A DNA stretch of 64,000 nt from Acidilobaceae archaeon (GTDB lineage Archaea > Thermoproteota > Thermoprotei_A > Sulfolobales > Acidilobaceae): the NCBI GenBank assembly GCA_038824665.1, contig JAWBBK010000006.1:11306-75305 (forward strand). Direction: 5' to 3'. A program made the translations under genes and the position numbers. The stretch's first letter is position 1, and every line of letters starts with the position of its first letter. Below, one piece after another: positions 1 through 9,222 of the stretch. Under the pieces are notes generated by a model. The model saw only the letters and a list, made by a program, of their open reading frames with translations, made no database searches and was not told the origin of the DNA.

Positions 1-1188
1 TCCATCTTTAAGCTTGTAGTTCTCTCCAACTCTCTGCTTTGTCTTAGCGTTCACAGCGTAAAGGAAAGATTCTCCTAGGTCTGTGTGGATCTTATAGGCT
101 AGTTCTCTAGCTGTTGTTCCATCGGGCACTAGAAGCACGTCTGGTAATACTCTTCCTGATCTATCCGTTAGCTTGAGAGGATCCTCTACAGGATAGACCG
201 TTATCATTTTCAGCTGTCCGAAAACCAAAACATTTATAGCCTCCTGAACTCCTGTAGACCCCCACTTCTTTAAAACGCTTTCTCGAATGGTTTCAAGCAC
301 TCTGAGACTCTTAGCGTCAACTGGTCCCATTACTTCGAAGTCTGGTTCTCCAGGTACGTATTTCACTACCCCTTTGGCTACAGCCTTTCTAAGAATGAGC
401 TCTGCTATAGCGCTAGTGGGGATTACAGGAACTTCTTTAAACGTCTCCTTTAACCTCTTTAGGTTCTCCTCGGCTTCTGGGATGTCTGCTTTGTTAGCTA
501 CGATAACTAAAGGCTTCGAGAGCTTCCTCAGCTCTACTACGAATCGTTTCAGGTCTTCAGAACTCCAGCTTGACAACTTCTTGTTCGCTAGTCCCGAAGC
601 TTCAAGAGCTTCAGCAACATGTCTCTTAGTTACGCTCAGCCCAGAAAGCCTTTGAGCTAAAGAGCCAGCTACATCTATTGCACCAGCAACATCGATATGT
701 CTAGCCAGTCTTTCCCAGTCTTTCGATATTATGCCGTAGATCCATTCATCGATCTCTCTGATCATAGCTGAAACCTCCTCAACAGGATCGTAGCGTCCTG
801 GACCAACAAACCTTCCTTCCTCGTCTGTAGAACCGCTGGCGTCAACCACTAGAAGAAGACCGTCAGCTCTTCTGAGATGGTCTAAAAACATGTTACCTAA
901 ACCTCTGCCTTTGTGAGCTCCTGGAACCAAGCCGGCTACGTCTACAACTTTAACAGGGATCATTCTCCATCCGTTTAAACAAACGCTGTTCAAAGCGTTA
1001 CAAAAGGGGAGACCGAGCTCGATATGAGCACATCTCTTTTTAGCGTAAGCTACTCCAACGTTAGGATCTATAGTTACGAAAGGTCTGTTCTCTATAGGTA
1101 CCTCTATGAGTGTCGCCGCTGAGAAAAACGTGGACTTGCCTACATTAGTTTTACCCACTATCCCTAAGAGCGCACTAGTAGCCTCCAA
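1..1188 (-). CDS. ychF: Obg-family redox-regulated ATPase YchF (3' end runs off the window; absent from the ORF track)
   Basis: Manual minus-strand translation from TTG at 1188: GIVGKTNVGKSTFF, RPFVTIDPNVG, DVAGLVPGAHKGRGLGNMFL, IVANKAD and C-terminal TGS-like NAKTKQRVGENYKLKDG. Confidence 0.92.
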   Translation of the reverse strand, partial: MEATSALLGIVGKTNVGKSTFFSAATLIEVPIENRPFVTIDPNVGVAYAKKRCAHIELGLPFCNALNSVCLNGWRMIPVKVVDVAGLVPGAHKGRGLGNMFLDHLRRADGLLLVVDASGSTDEEGRFVGPGRYDPVEEVSAMIREIDEWIYGIISKDWERLARHIDVAGAIDVAGSLAQRLSGLSVTKRHVAEALEASGLANKKLSSWSSEDLKRFVVELRKLSKPLVIVANKADIPEAEENLKRLKETFKEVPVIPTSAIAELILRKAVAKGVVKYVPGEPDFEVMGPVDAKSLRVLETIRESVLKKWGSTGVQEAINVLVFGQLKMITVYPVEDPLKLTDRSGRVLPDVLLVPDGTTARELAYKIHTDLGESFLYAVNAKTKQRVGENYKLKDG

Positions 1189-1279
1189 GAGGTTCCCCTT
1201 CAGCTCTGTTCGCTCCAATGACTTCTCTTTTCATGGAGTATTTATGTGTTGATATATCGATCTGAGATATCAGCTTGTT

Positions 1280-1951
1280 TTAAAATTTATAGAAGCGAGA
1301 AACATTGATAAAAGCTCTCTCAACTACTCTAGCTCCTGCTGAAGAAATCCAAGTTCTGGCTATAGCCTCAGGAACCCCTAAAGCAACTAACAACCCTACT
1401 ATGTGATATGGGCTCCACATCTCCCACACATCTCTGCTATCGCTCGAAACGATCACCTCTAATCCAGATCTGAGAGCTCTCGTTATAGCTACATAAAGAT
1501 AATCAAGCTTGTTTTCAACTAATACAGGTCTAAGTACGAGCTCTACAGCTCCCCAGCCTCGTTGAGCAAAAAGACGAACTTGAGATCTGTCTATAAACCT
1601 CTCAGCTCCTGGCTCTACTCTCGTCAGAACAACCTCCTTACATGTGGCTGAGTATCTTAAGGCATCGAGATCTTTCGCGCTCACAGCTAAAAGGAAGAAG
1701 TCTTTTTTCAAAGACTTCTTCACCTGGTCTATCTTGACTCTTACCTCTTTTCTAGTTCTTCCCTCTACTGTGACTCTTAAACAGAGTCTCAACCCAAGGT
1801 CTTCGCTCAGCTTGGACACTATTCCGTAGTCTATGGAGTCACTTGCCTCTAAACAGACAAGCTTATAGCCTAAAGATCTAGCTAGTCTAAGCATCTCAAC
1901 AGCTGTCTCGGTATCTTTAGGTTTTAAACTGAGGTCTGCGAAGCTTTTTAT
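1280..1951 (-). CDS. rnp3: RNase P protein component 3 (Rpp30); true start probably non-canonical (ATA 1951 or ACG 1954), upstream of the ORF-track ATG at 1894
   Basis: PHP-like fold motifs KSFADLSLKP...ARSLGY and VSSDSRDVWEMWSP; lies in the conserved rpl15e / RNA-binding protein / rpp30 cluster. Confidence 0.8.
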   Translation of the reverse strand: MKSFADLSLKPKDTETAVEMLRLARSLGYKLVCLEASDSIDYGIVSKLSEDLGLRLCLRVTVEGRTRKEVRVKIDQVKKSLKKDFFLLAVSAKDLDALRYSATCKEVVLTRVEPGAERFIDRSQVRLFAQRGWGAVELVLRPVLVENKLDYLYVAITRALRSGLEVIVSSDSRDVWEMWSPYHIVGLLVALGVPEAIARTWISSAGARVVERAFINVSRFYKF

Positions 1952-2382
1952 CGTGAGAGCACCTCTTCGAGGAACTTAACTATCTCTCTCCTCTTACCTG
2001 CTATATGAAAAGAGACCTTGATCACATCATCGCCTTCGCTTAGCTCAAGTGAGCCTTTATAAGAACTTTGCTTGTCGATCCTGATGAAAAACGAACCGTT
2101 TTCATCTACGCGCTCGTCTAAGGTGGCTAAAAGTAGCCGTCTATCATGCTCTTTAAGTGAAGTTAGTATGTAAAGAAGAACTTCTGTAGAGAGCTGAGGA
2201 TCTCTTATCTCTATCGAAAGAACTTCTATTCTGTTTCCATAATGTCCTTCGTAAACTTCGCTTTTGACCTCTGTTGAGTTCCGAAGAGATGGAGGTAGAA
2301 CGTTTTTGAGAGCTTCTAGTACTTTTTCTCTGTCCTCGGTAGCGTGAACATGAGTTCTGAGCACGACTGAGGTGATAAACAT
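1948..2382 (-). CDS. Predicted RNA-binding protein of the exosome/RNase P neighbourhood (COG1325 type)
   Basis: HVHATEDREKV, EGHYGNRI, FFIRIDKQ and GDDVIKV motifs. Confidence 0.88.
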   Translation of the reverse strand: MFITSVVLRTHVHATEDREKVLEALKNVLPPSLRNSTEVKSEVYEGHYGNRIEVLSIEIRDPQLSTEVLLYILTSLKEHDRRLLLATLDERVDENGSFFIRIDKQSSYKGSLELSEGDDVIKVSFHIAGKRREIVKFLEEVLSR

Positions 2383-2415
2383 AGTCTAAAGCTCCCTATC
2401 TTTGCGGTCTCAACG

Positions 2416-3063
2416 CTACTTTTCGCTTGGCTTTATGAGTCTAGCTCCCCTACTTGCTTCGTGTCTCTTTCTGAGTTCTCTCTCTTTAGCTTTCTTCTTC
2501 CATTTATACTTATGAGTTCCTTTGAGTCCTCTCGACTTTAAAAGTCCTCTCATCTTCCTACCGGCACTAGTCAGACCTCTGAAAGGTCTGCCTTTATGTT
2601 TGCCTGAACAAACCCAGTTGAGCTCAGGATCGCTTTTAATAGCTGGACAGTGAGGATCTACCAGTATTACCTCATACCACTTGTATCTACCGTCCTCGCC
2701 AACGTAGTAGCTGTTGAGAACCACTAGGTTCCTGTACTTTGCTTGAGCTCTTTCTTCAGCTATTAGTCTTAAGCTTTTAGCTGGAGCAAATCCGTAGACG
2801 CCCAGCCTCTTAGGCCTTCTGCCTTTGTTGGGTCTAGCTTTTCTTCTGCCCCCCTTTCTAACTCGTACTCTGACGACTATCACGCCCTGTTTGTCTTTGT
2901 AGCCTAGCTCTCGAGCTCTACCAAGTCTTGTAGGCTTGTCTACTCTGACTACTACTGGCTCTTTCCTCCACTCTATAAGCCTTAATCTCATTATCTGTGC
3001 GTGCTCTCCCTCATAGGGCTTCTTCCACCACTCCTCCATATATTGGTACGCTGATTTGGCCAT
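2416..3063 (-). CDS. rpl15e: 50S ribosomal protein L15e
   Basis: [53 protein letters not shown]. Confidence 0.98.
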   Translation of the reverse strand: MAKSAYQYMEEWWKKPYEGEHAQIMRLRLIEWRKEPVVVRVDKPTRLGRARELGYKDKQGVIVVRVRVRKGGRRKARPNKGRRPKRLGVYGFAPAKSLRLIAEERAQAKYRNLVVLNSYYVGEDGRYKWYEVILVDPHCPAIKSDPELNWVCSGKHKGRPFRGLTSAGRKMRGLLKSRGLKGTHKYKWKKKAKERELRKRHEASRGARLIKPSEK

Positions 3064-3114
3064 ATCCTTACACCACACCTTAGAGCAGTCCTACTCACAC
3101 TCTAGAATCTGACC

Positions 3115-4650
3115 TTAAATAGCGACTAAAACTCTTTGGGGGTCTCTGCTCATCAAAACGTCTAGGTAACCGTATAGCTCTCTTCGTAAAGCTTCGGGGT
3201 CTGTATAGTTATCTTCAATCAGTTTAGACCACGGAGGCTCTTCTGCGGGGTCCCAGTCTTCTAACGCTCTCGCAGACCGCTCTCTAAGAGATGTCAAAAG
3301 GTTTCTGTAACCGCCGCCTCGCAAAGCAACGTCTAGAAGGACCTCGGATGCAGATACGTCAGCTCTTCCAAGAGCTATTTGAAGTTCTGCATAGTCTAGA
3401 GGATAGACTTCTATTTCGAACCCCTGCTTCCTGAGTGATTTAGCAAGCGTCACAGCTTTCTCAGCTCTTCTCTTTTTGAAGCCAAACCATTGAAGTGGGG
3501 TTGAAGGTTTAGGTATGAAAGGATTCAGAGACACTCTGACCCTAGCGTTTAAAGGTTGGAGGACTTTCCTTATTTCAAGCATCATGTCTAGAGTCTCTTT
3601 TAAGTCTTCGGCGCTCTCTCCAGGAAACCCTGCCATTAGATAAACCTTGACCTGTCTGATACCAGCTGAAGCCAGAATCTCTGAGGCTCTGATAGCTCCC
3701 ATCTTTCCTGTAAGCTTCATGATAGCCCGAGCTATAGTAAAGCTCCCCGTCTCTGGAGCTATGGAGACAGTCTTCTGACCCCCTTCAACTAAGAGTTCTG
3801 CTCTCTTTTCTGTCAACGTCTCTGCTCTCAAGCTCGGAAGAGAGACCTCAAGACCTAGAGATACGGCATGTTCTAACAGAGTCTCTCCCCAAGGGCTATC
3901 GAAGAAAGACAAACTATACATAGAGACCTTGTTGACTTTATTATAAGAAGTTCCTAGCTCTAGGAGTTCTTTAAGCTTTTGGAGACTTCTGTCTCTTCTA
4001 GGCTTAAAAATACAACCCTCCATACAGAACCGACATCTTCTAAGACAACCTCTGCTAACCTCTAGAATGAAAGCTCTGCCCCATATAGGTTCAACGTCTT
4101 CTGAGACCTCCTGAACTATGGGGTACCATGACTTATCGAGGTCTTTTACGTAAACTCTCTTGACTTTATGCGAAGTGTAATCTGGAACGAGTACTCCTTC
4201 TATCTCAGATAGAGTTCTAAGACGAGAGTGTCGAGAAGGCTTAGATAAAGCGTTGACCAAATCTTCAGCTATCTCTTCAAACTCTCCTATTACAATTGCA
4301 TCGGCTATCTCCCATATGGGAAGAGGGTTGCCTATAACAGCTGGACCTCCTACTATCACTATCGGGTCTTCCTCAGACCTCACTCTTCTAGCAACAGGGA
4401 CCCTCATTTCATGAAGCATTTTGACTAAGTCTAGATACAGAAGTTCAAAGGGAAGGCTGGCTAATAAGGCTGTGTTTGATTTGGGACTCTCTCTATATCT
4501 AACTTTTTGTTTTACCTCACCACTCTCGAAAAAATACCTGCGTACCCCCACCTTGAGGTCTTCAAGAAGTCCTCCAATTAAGTGATATGCAAGACTTGAT
4601 AGCGCTACTCGCTCTTCGCTTGGATAAACGAGGCCTATCGTGACCAGCAG
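3115..4650 (-). CDS. Radical SAM protein with B12-binding-like N-domain (YgiQ/COG1032 type); start probably non-canonical CTG (4650 or 4647)
   Basis: EVSRGCLRRCRFC (CxxxCxxC), SLPSLRAE, SIAPETGS, YLMAGFPGE, NPFIPKPSTPLQW; the open frame upstream of GTG 4551 encodes IGLVYPSEERVALSSLAY. Confidence 0.85.
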   Translation of the reverse strand: MLVTIGLVYPSEERVALSSLAYHLIGGLLEDLKVGVRRYFFESGEVKQKVRYRESPKSNTALLASLPFELLYLDLVKMLHEMRVPVARRVRSEEDPIVIVGGPAVIGNPLPIWEIADAIVIGEFEEIAEDLVNALSKPSRHSRLRTLSEIEGVLVPDYTSHKVKRVYVKDLDKSWYPIVQEVSEDVEPIWGRAFILEVSRGCLRRCRFCMEGCIFKPRRDRSLQKLKELLELGTSYNKVNKVSMYSLSFFDSPWGETLLEHAVSLGLEVSLPSLRAETLTEKRAELLVEGGQKTVSIAPETGSFTIARAIMKLTGKMGAIRASEILASAGIRQVKVYLMAGFPGESAEDLKETLDMMLEIRKVLQPLNARVRVSLNPFIPKPSTPLQWFGFKKRRAEKAVTLAKSLRKQGFEIEVYPLDYAELQIALGRADVSASEVLLDVALRGGGYRNLLTSLRERSARALEDWDPAEEPPWSKLIEDNYTDPEALRRELYGYLDVLMSRDPQRVLVAI

Positions 4651-5873
4651 TTGAACACCTCGCCGCTATCCACATCTCTAAAGACGACACAGCCTGGATA
4701 TACGACTGCATATGACCCTATCTTGACTCCTGGCATTATAGAGACGTTTATCCCTATTTTAGCGTAGCCTCCAATCACTGAACCAAGCTTCTTGAGTCCC
4801 GTTTTTACTCTTACTCCCTTAACGGTCATCTCTACCGTCTGTTCGTTGAATCTCAAGTTGGCTATCTTAGACCCAGCTCCTAAGTTTACGTGCTCTCCGA
4901 TTACGCTGTCGCCAACGTAATTCATGTGAGGTAATCTAGCTCTTTCGAGCAATACTGAAGACTTGACCTGAGAGAAGGGACCTACAAAGGATTCTTCACA
5001 AACAACTGTATTTCCTCTTACATGGGCTAGAGGACCTATAACTGCTCCTCGGCCTATGTAGGCTGGTCCTTCAACAACAGTATAGGGTTTAATAGAACTG
5101 TTTGACTCTACCACTATAGGTCCTGAGAGTTCAGCTCTTTCGCTTACGTCTCCTTTAATCACCTGTCCCTTTATCTCAGAGAGAGCTATGATATTGGCCT
5201 TGAGAAAGTCCCATGGTCTTCCTATGTCTATCCAAGAACCTTTGGGTATCGGAAACGTCTTGACCTCATACTGTTTAGAAAGGTCATTTAGTGCGTCCGT
5301 AGCCTCAAACTCTCCTCTAGGAGACGGCTTGAGGTTCTTGAAGAAGCTTAGATGCTCATAGCTTATTTTTAGAATTCCTGCGAAAACTAAAGATGGGCCG
5401 GTGATGTTTTGAGGTTTTTCAGTAATGCTTTTAAGAAAACCTTCAGAATCTATCTCAACCACTCCGTAGTTTCCAGCTTCTTCCACTTCAGTTACAAAAA
5501 CGCTTGGTGTAGTCGCTCTGGCTATAAGCTCGTAGACCTCAGACTTAATAAAAACATCACCATATATCACTGTATAGTCGCCTGGACCACCTGTCTCTAT
5601 AGCTTTAGCTATGGCATCTCCTGTTCCTAACTCTCCTTTCTGATATACCAGCTCAACATCAACACCACATTTCTCAAGTTCCTTAATTACTAGGTCTGCT
5701 CCATAAGAGATTACGACAGCTATCTTATCATAACTACCTGTGGATGAAGCCTTCTTAATGTGTTTACATAACAACGACTCTCCAGCTACAGGAAGTACAA
5801 CTTTAGGTCTGGTATCGGTTAAAGGTTTCAGTCTCTCTCCTTTGCCAGCAGCTAGCAAAACCAAATGCTTCAC
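4635..5873 (-). CDS. glmU: Bifunctional sugar-1-phosphate nucleotidyltransferase/acetyltransferase (archaeal GlmU type)
   Basis: LAAGKGERLKPLTDTRPK, WIDIGRPWD, hexapeptide repeats, HMNYVGDSVIGEHVNLGAG. Confidence 0.88.
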   Translation of the reverse strand: MKHLVLLAAGKGERLKPLTDTRPKVVLPVAGESLLCKHIKKASSTGSYDKIAVVISYGADLVIKELEKCGVDVELVYQKGELGTGDAIAKAIETGGPGDYTVIYGDVFIKSEVYELIARATTPSVFVTEVEEAGNYGVVEIDSEGFLKSITEKPQNITGPSLVFAGILKISYEHLSFFKNLKPSPRGEFEATDALNDLSKQYEVKTFPIPKGSWIDIGRPWDFLKANIIALSEIKGQVIKGDVSERAELSGPIVVESNSSIKPYTVVEGPAYIGRGAVIGPLAHVRGNTVVCEESFVGPFSQVKSSVLLERARLPHMNYVGDSVIGEHVNLGAGSKIANLRFNEQTVEMTVKGVRVKTGLKKLGSVIGGYAKIGINVSIMPGVKIGSYAVVYPGCVVFRDVDSGEVFNCWSR

Positions 5874-6342
5874 TCTTCTTCCCCACTGTTTGACATCCGC
5901 TCAACCAAGATATAGAGTGTTTAACTTAAGAAGAAAAGAAGCTAAATAGAAAAGGTGTATAAATATAAAGGTCGGCTTCTCAGTAGCCGATAGCTCACAG
6001 ATCTTCACGTTTTAGAAGTCTAGCCTCTTAGCCATCTGTTTCTTGGCGATCTTCATGAACTCCTCATTATAGAAGCTTCTGACAACCGCCGGCTACTCAG
6101 CTTTCTGTGAAGTCTCGGAAAGTCAGAAAACAAATCAGCTATAGGAGGCTCTGAAGGTTAAAGGTCTTGAGCAGAACTTGGTGAGATGTGTCAAGATAGA
6201 AGAGTGTGAACGACTACAAAACACATAAGCAAACTGAATGTGTATCGAAAAGAGAAAACAGCTTCAAGGTCTAATGTTAGCTACTAATTAAAATGTGAAG
6301 TCCTTGATGTCTAGATCCTCAAAAAAGCCAAAAACTACCTAG

Positions 6343-6996
6343 CTACCTAGCTTCTTTTTTGAGTTGAACAGGAGACACGACAACGGCTCTAATGGGACCC
6401 TCAGGTCCGGGTACCCAGAGCAGTTTAGATTTGATTACCTCTACTTTTCTTAGAGGATATATCTTTCTTGCCTGAGCTTCTATTAGCTGAGCTAGGCTGT
6501 TTTCTTTATCACTGAATATCATCGCATTTATCAGCTCGTCTAACGCGTGCTCTTTGGCATAGCTTTCAACGACTTCTTTCATCCTCTTCCTTATCTCCCT
6601 CTTCTGACTGGTATTGCACCTGTATCGCGTCCACACAACACATGTAAGTCTTAAACCATAGCCATCTTTTGTCCAGACGTCAAATATTCCTACGACCTTT
6701 GAGGTCTTTCTTTTAGTAAGGCTTCTTACATAATCTCTTAGATGCTCGTGTCCTTTAAATCGGGTGTAAGCAGTGGTGCCGTCTACTTTGACGATCTGAA
6801 ACTTGAGCTTTATGTGAACATAAGTTATGTCGCCTGTGAGATCAAAGAGTGTCACCTCCATAGTCCTACCTATTAGCTTGTCTGGGTCGTCAGCTGGAGT
6901 AGTACCTAAAACAGTCTCTCCGAAGAGAGAAGGAGCTAACACAGTATACCACTTCTTAAGCTTCCACTTATCTCTTACTGAGACCCTTTTAGACAA
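6343..6996 (-). CDS. rps3ae: 30S ribosomal protein S3Ae
   Basis: RDKWKLKKWYTVLAP, LIGRTMEVTLFDLTGD, KIYPLRKVEVIKSK. Confidence 0.98.
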   Translation of the reverse strand: MSKRVSVRDKWKLKKWYTVLAPSLFGETVLGTTPADDPDKLIGRTMEVTLFDLTGDITYVHIKLKFQIVKVDGTTAYTRFKGHEHLRDYVRSLTKRKTSKVVGIFDVWTKDGYGLRLTCVVWTRYRCNTSQKREIRKRMKEVVESYAKEHALDELINAMIFSDKENSLAQLIEAQARKIYPLRKVEVIKSKLLWVPGPEGPIRAVVVSPVQLKKEAR

Positions 6997-7033
6997 CCCT
7001 CTACCCCTAAGCCCCCTCGGATTCAGGACTTAA

Positions 7034-7318
7034 TTAAGCTTTATTGCTTGAATCCTCTAAATACTTCAGCGCTTCTGTTGCACTCTTTAAAGACATGAGC
7101 ATATCGTCTAAAGTGTTTCTTAAGCTTAACATCCTCTGGGGCTCACAGTCTTCGATCTCGACACTACAAATAAGCTTAGCCTCTCTGGCTTCACACTTAA
7201 CTTTAAGCCAGGAGGGAGCTGAAACGTTATCAGGTTCAAGAGCTTTCTCAAGAGCTAATGCGTAAGCGCTCTCTACCTCTAGATGTGCTTCACATCGAGG
7301 GCTCTCTTCTCTATCCAA
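7034..7318 (-). CDS. pcc1: KEOPS complex subunit Pcc1
   Basis: ALEPDN and SLRNTLDDML motifs; conserved rps15-DHH-pcc1-rps3ae order. Confidence 0.85.
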   Translation of the reverse strand: MDREESPRCEAHLEVESAYALALEKALEPDNVSAPSWLKVKCEAREAKLICSVEIEDCEPQRMLSLRNTLDDMLMSLKSATEALKYLEDSSNKA

Positions 7319-8595
7319 ACCTTCTCACCGTCGAATTTAATTAAATTGGCTCTGTTGAGTTCATTCAAAGCCCCATAGCCCAAAGCTTCCTCTATCTGGA
7401 TTGGTGAAGCTAGAAACTCGTCACCTTCTTCGACTACAAGGATCGAATCGCTCTCTATAAAGCCATGGACTTTCAAAGCTCTCCAGAGGAGCGTCAAGGG
7501 TGCTCCAGGTTTAGCGCCTACAGAATAGACCTTGAAGCGTTGGGTGCTTCCGACCTTAGTTATCGAGCCTTCTGCAACTATGTTGGAAAGCACTTTAGCG
7601 CTAGATTCCAGTTGTGACTCAGCTAGAGGGATCTCTATCGAAAAGTCTAGCAGAGTAGCCACGACTCTCGCTAAGCTTCTTTCAGAGTCAGACGCGTAGA
7701 TCAGAGCATCACAGGCCTCTCGATAGTCTTGAATAGGAGCCTCTCTGCTCTTAGAGACCAACATGCCCGCTACCATGTCTTTAGCTGATATCTTTGATCT
7801 GAAGTTAAGATGCATAAAATTTATGACTTGTTTCGCCAAGTACTCTATCTCCTTAGCATCTGTAATGCTAGAAAGAGGTTTACCTGCAACGCTTCTGTAT
7901 TTTTCGATACCTAGAACCTCTTGACAACGCCAGGGATCACCAGCTAATCCCAGATAAAGAGGATAGGCAGTCGTGGATATGGCTTCACAAAACTCTAGCA
8001 CGTGAGGCTTGTATACCTTGATAGTGGTAACTATATCGAGCCCGGGCAGACTAGAGGAGAGCTTCTCGACGAGAACTCTGTCAAGACCTGACAGCTTGCC
8101 TACAGAGTCTACATAATTGCCAGCATGTATGCCTAAGAGAGTCATCGACGCTAAATCGATGCCTATGTTGTTCGTTCCTCCAGTGACTACTAGCGTCGCT
8201 ATAGCTACGTTGCTCCCCTGTCCTCCAACGAAAGTAGTTCCGTGAACGGGAATTGACTCTACAGAGCCAGACGCTATAGCGAGCATAGGACTAGTTACGT
8301 TAGATGGATGGTAGTCCACTCTGTTGTACCCCAAAAGGACCGTAGGCTCATCAATTATAGGAGGAGGGTTGAGAGAGACCTTGATAGATACTTCAGCACC
8401 AACTCGAAGAACTCTAGACGCTACTATGACTCCAGCTACGATAGGGTCTAAGTTTGGATACACCCTAATGACTAGTCTATCTCTCGAAGACGAAGCCTCG
8501 AGAATCTGATAAAACGCTCTATACGCTGCCTCAAGAGCTCTCTCAAGATCTCTAGCTGTTGGCAATAAAGCAAGTTTCAGCAAGAGGCGTCCCAA
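7279..8595 (-). CDS. Degenerate DHH/RecJ-like (Cdc45/GAN-related) protein
   Basis: Position between rps15 and pcc1; eroded motif I (YPNLDPIVAG); ISTTAYPLYLGLAGD segment typical of archaeal RecJ-like proteins; no DHH triad visible. Confidence 0.65.
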   Translation of the reverse strand: MGRLLLKLALLPTARDLERALEAAYRAFYQILEASSSRDRLVIRVYPNLDPIVAGVIVASRVLRVGAEVSIKVSLNPPPIIDEPTVLLGYNRVDYHPSNVTSPMLAIASGSVESIPVHGTTFVGGQGSNVAIATLVVTGGTNNIGIDLASMTLLGIHAGNYVDSVGKLSGLDRVLVEKLSSSLPGLDIVTTIKVYKPHVLEFCEAISTTAYPLYLGLAGDPWRCQEVLGIEKYRSVAGKPLSSITDAKEIEYLAKQVINFMHLNFRSKISAKDMVAGMLVSKSREAPIQDYREACDALIYASDSERSLARVVATLLDFSIEIPLAESQLESSAKVLSNIVAEGSITKVGSTQRFKVYSVGAKPGAPLTLLWRALKVHGFIESDSILVVEEGDEFLASPIQIEEALGYGALNELNRANLIKFDGEKVWIEKRALDVKHI

Positions 8596-8673
8596 CTACT
8601 CTAGAGATCCAGGAGACTAAAAACGTCCCGACCCTCAAGATAGCGTAGAGGTTTTGAAAAGTAACATTATAGA

Positions 8674-9135
8674 TTAAAGACCTGCGCCAGCGACTAGGAG
8701 TTCTGCTTTCTGTGGGTCATAGCTCCAATCTGCTGGAAGCTTTCCCACTCGCTTGTAATATTTCACCAGCCTGTGTATCTTAGACTCTATATCGATGAGC
8801 CCTCTCTTGGCGTGAGTGTCCTTAGGATGTTCTTGTAGATGTCTTCTTAAATTAACTGCTTTCTTTATGAGATAAAATAGGTCTTCGGGAACCTTAGGAG
8901 CTAAACCCTTCTCTTCTAAGATTTCAGTTATGGACTTGCCCAGTATGGGCTTTACCAAGGGAACGCCGAACTGATCTCTCAATATCAATCCTATCATGCT
9001 AGGACCATATCCTTTTTTAGCCAGCTCTTCTATGACCAGCTCTATCTCTTCAGGAGTATAAGTCAGCCACGTCGGCGGCGTAGGTCTTGCTGGTCTCATA
9101 GAGCCAGAGCTTCCCTTCTTCTTTCGTTTATTCAT
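8674..9135 (-). CDS. rps15: 30S ribosomal protein S15 (S13e family)
   Basis: [45 protein letters not shown]. Confidence 0.98.
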   Translation of the reverse strand: MNKRKKKGSSGSMRPARPTPPTWLTYTPEEIELVIEELAKKGYGPSMIGLILRDQFGVPLVKPILGKSITEILEEKGLAPKVPEDLFYLIKKAVNLRRHLQEHPKDTHAKRGLIDIESKIHRLVKYYKRVGKLPADWSYDPQKAELLVAGAGL

Positions 9136-9222
9136 CTTCTGTCTCCCTAGCTTCGCTCTAAGAGTTAGCTTATAAACATTATTTTAGCCTAGCTCCCTTC
9201 AAAAAGCCAAAGGGCTAGAAGC

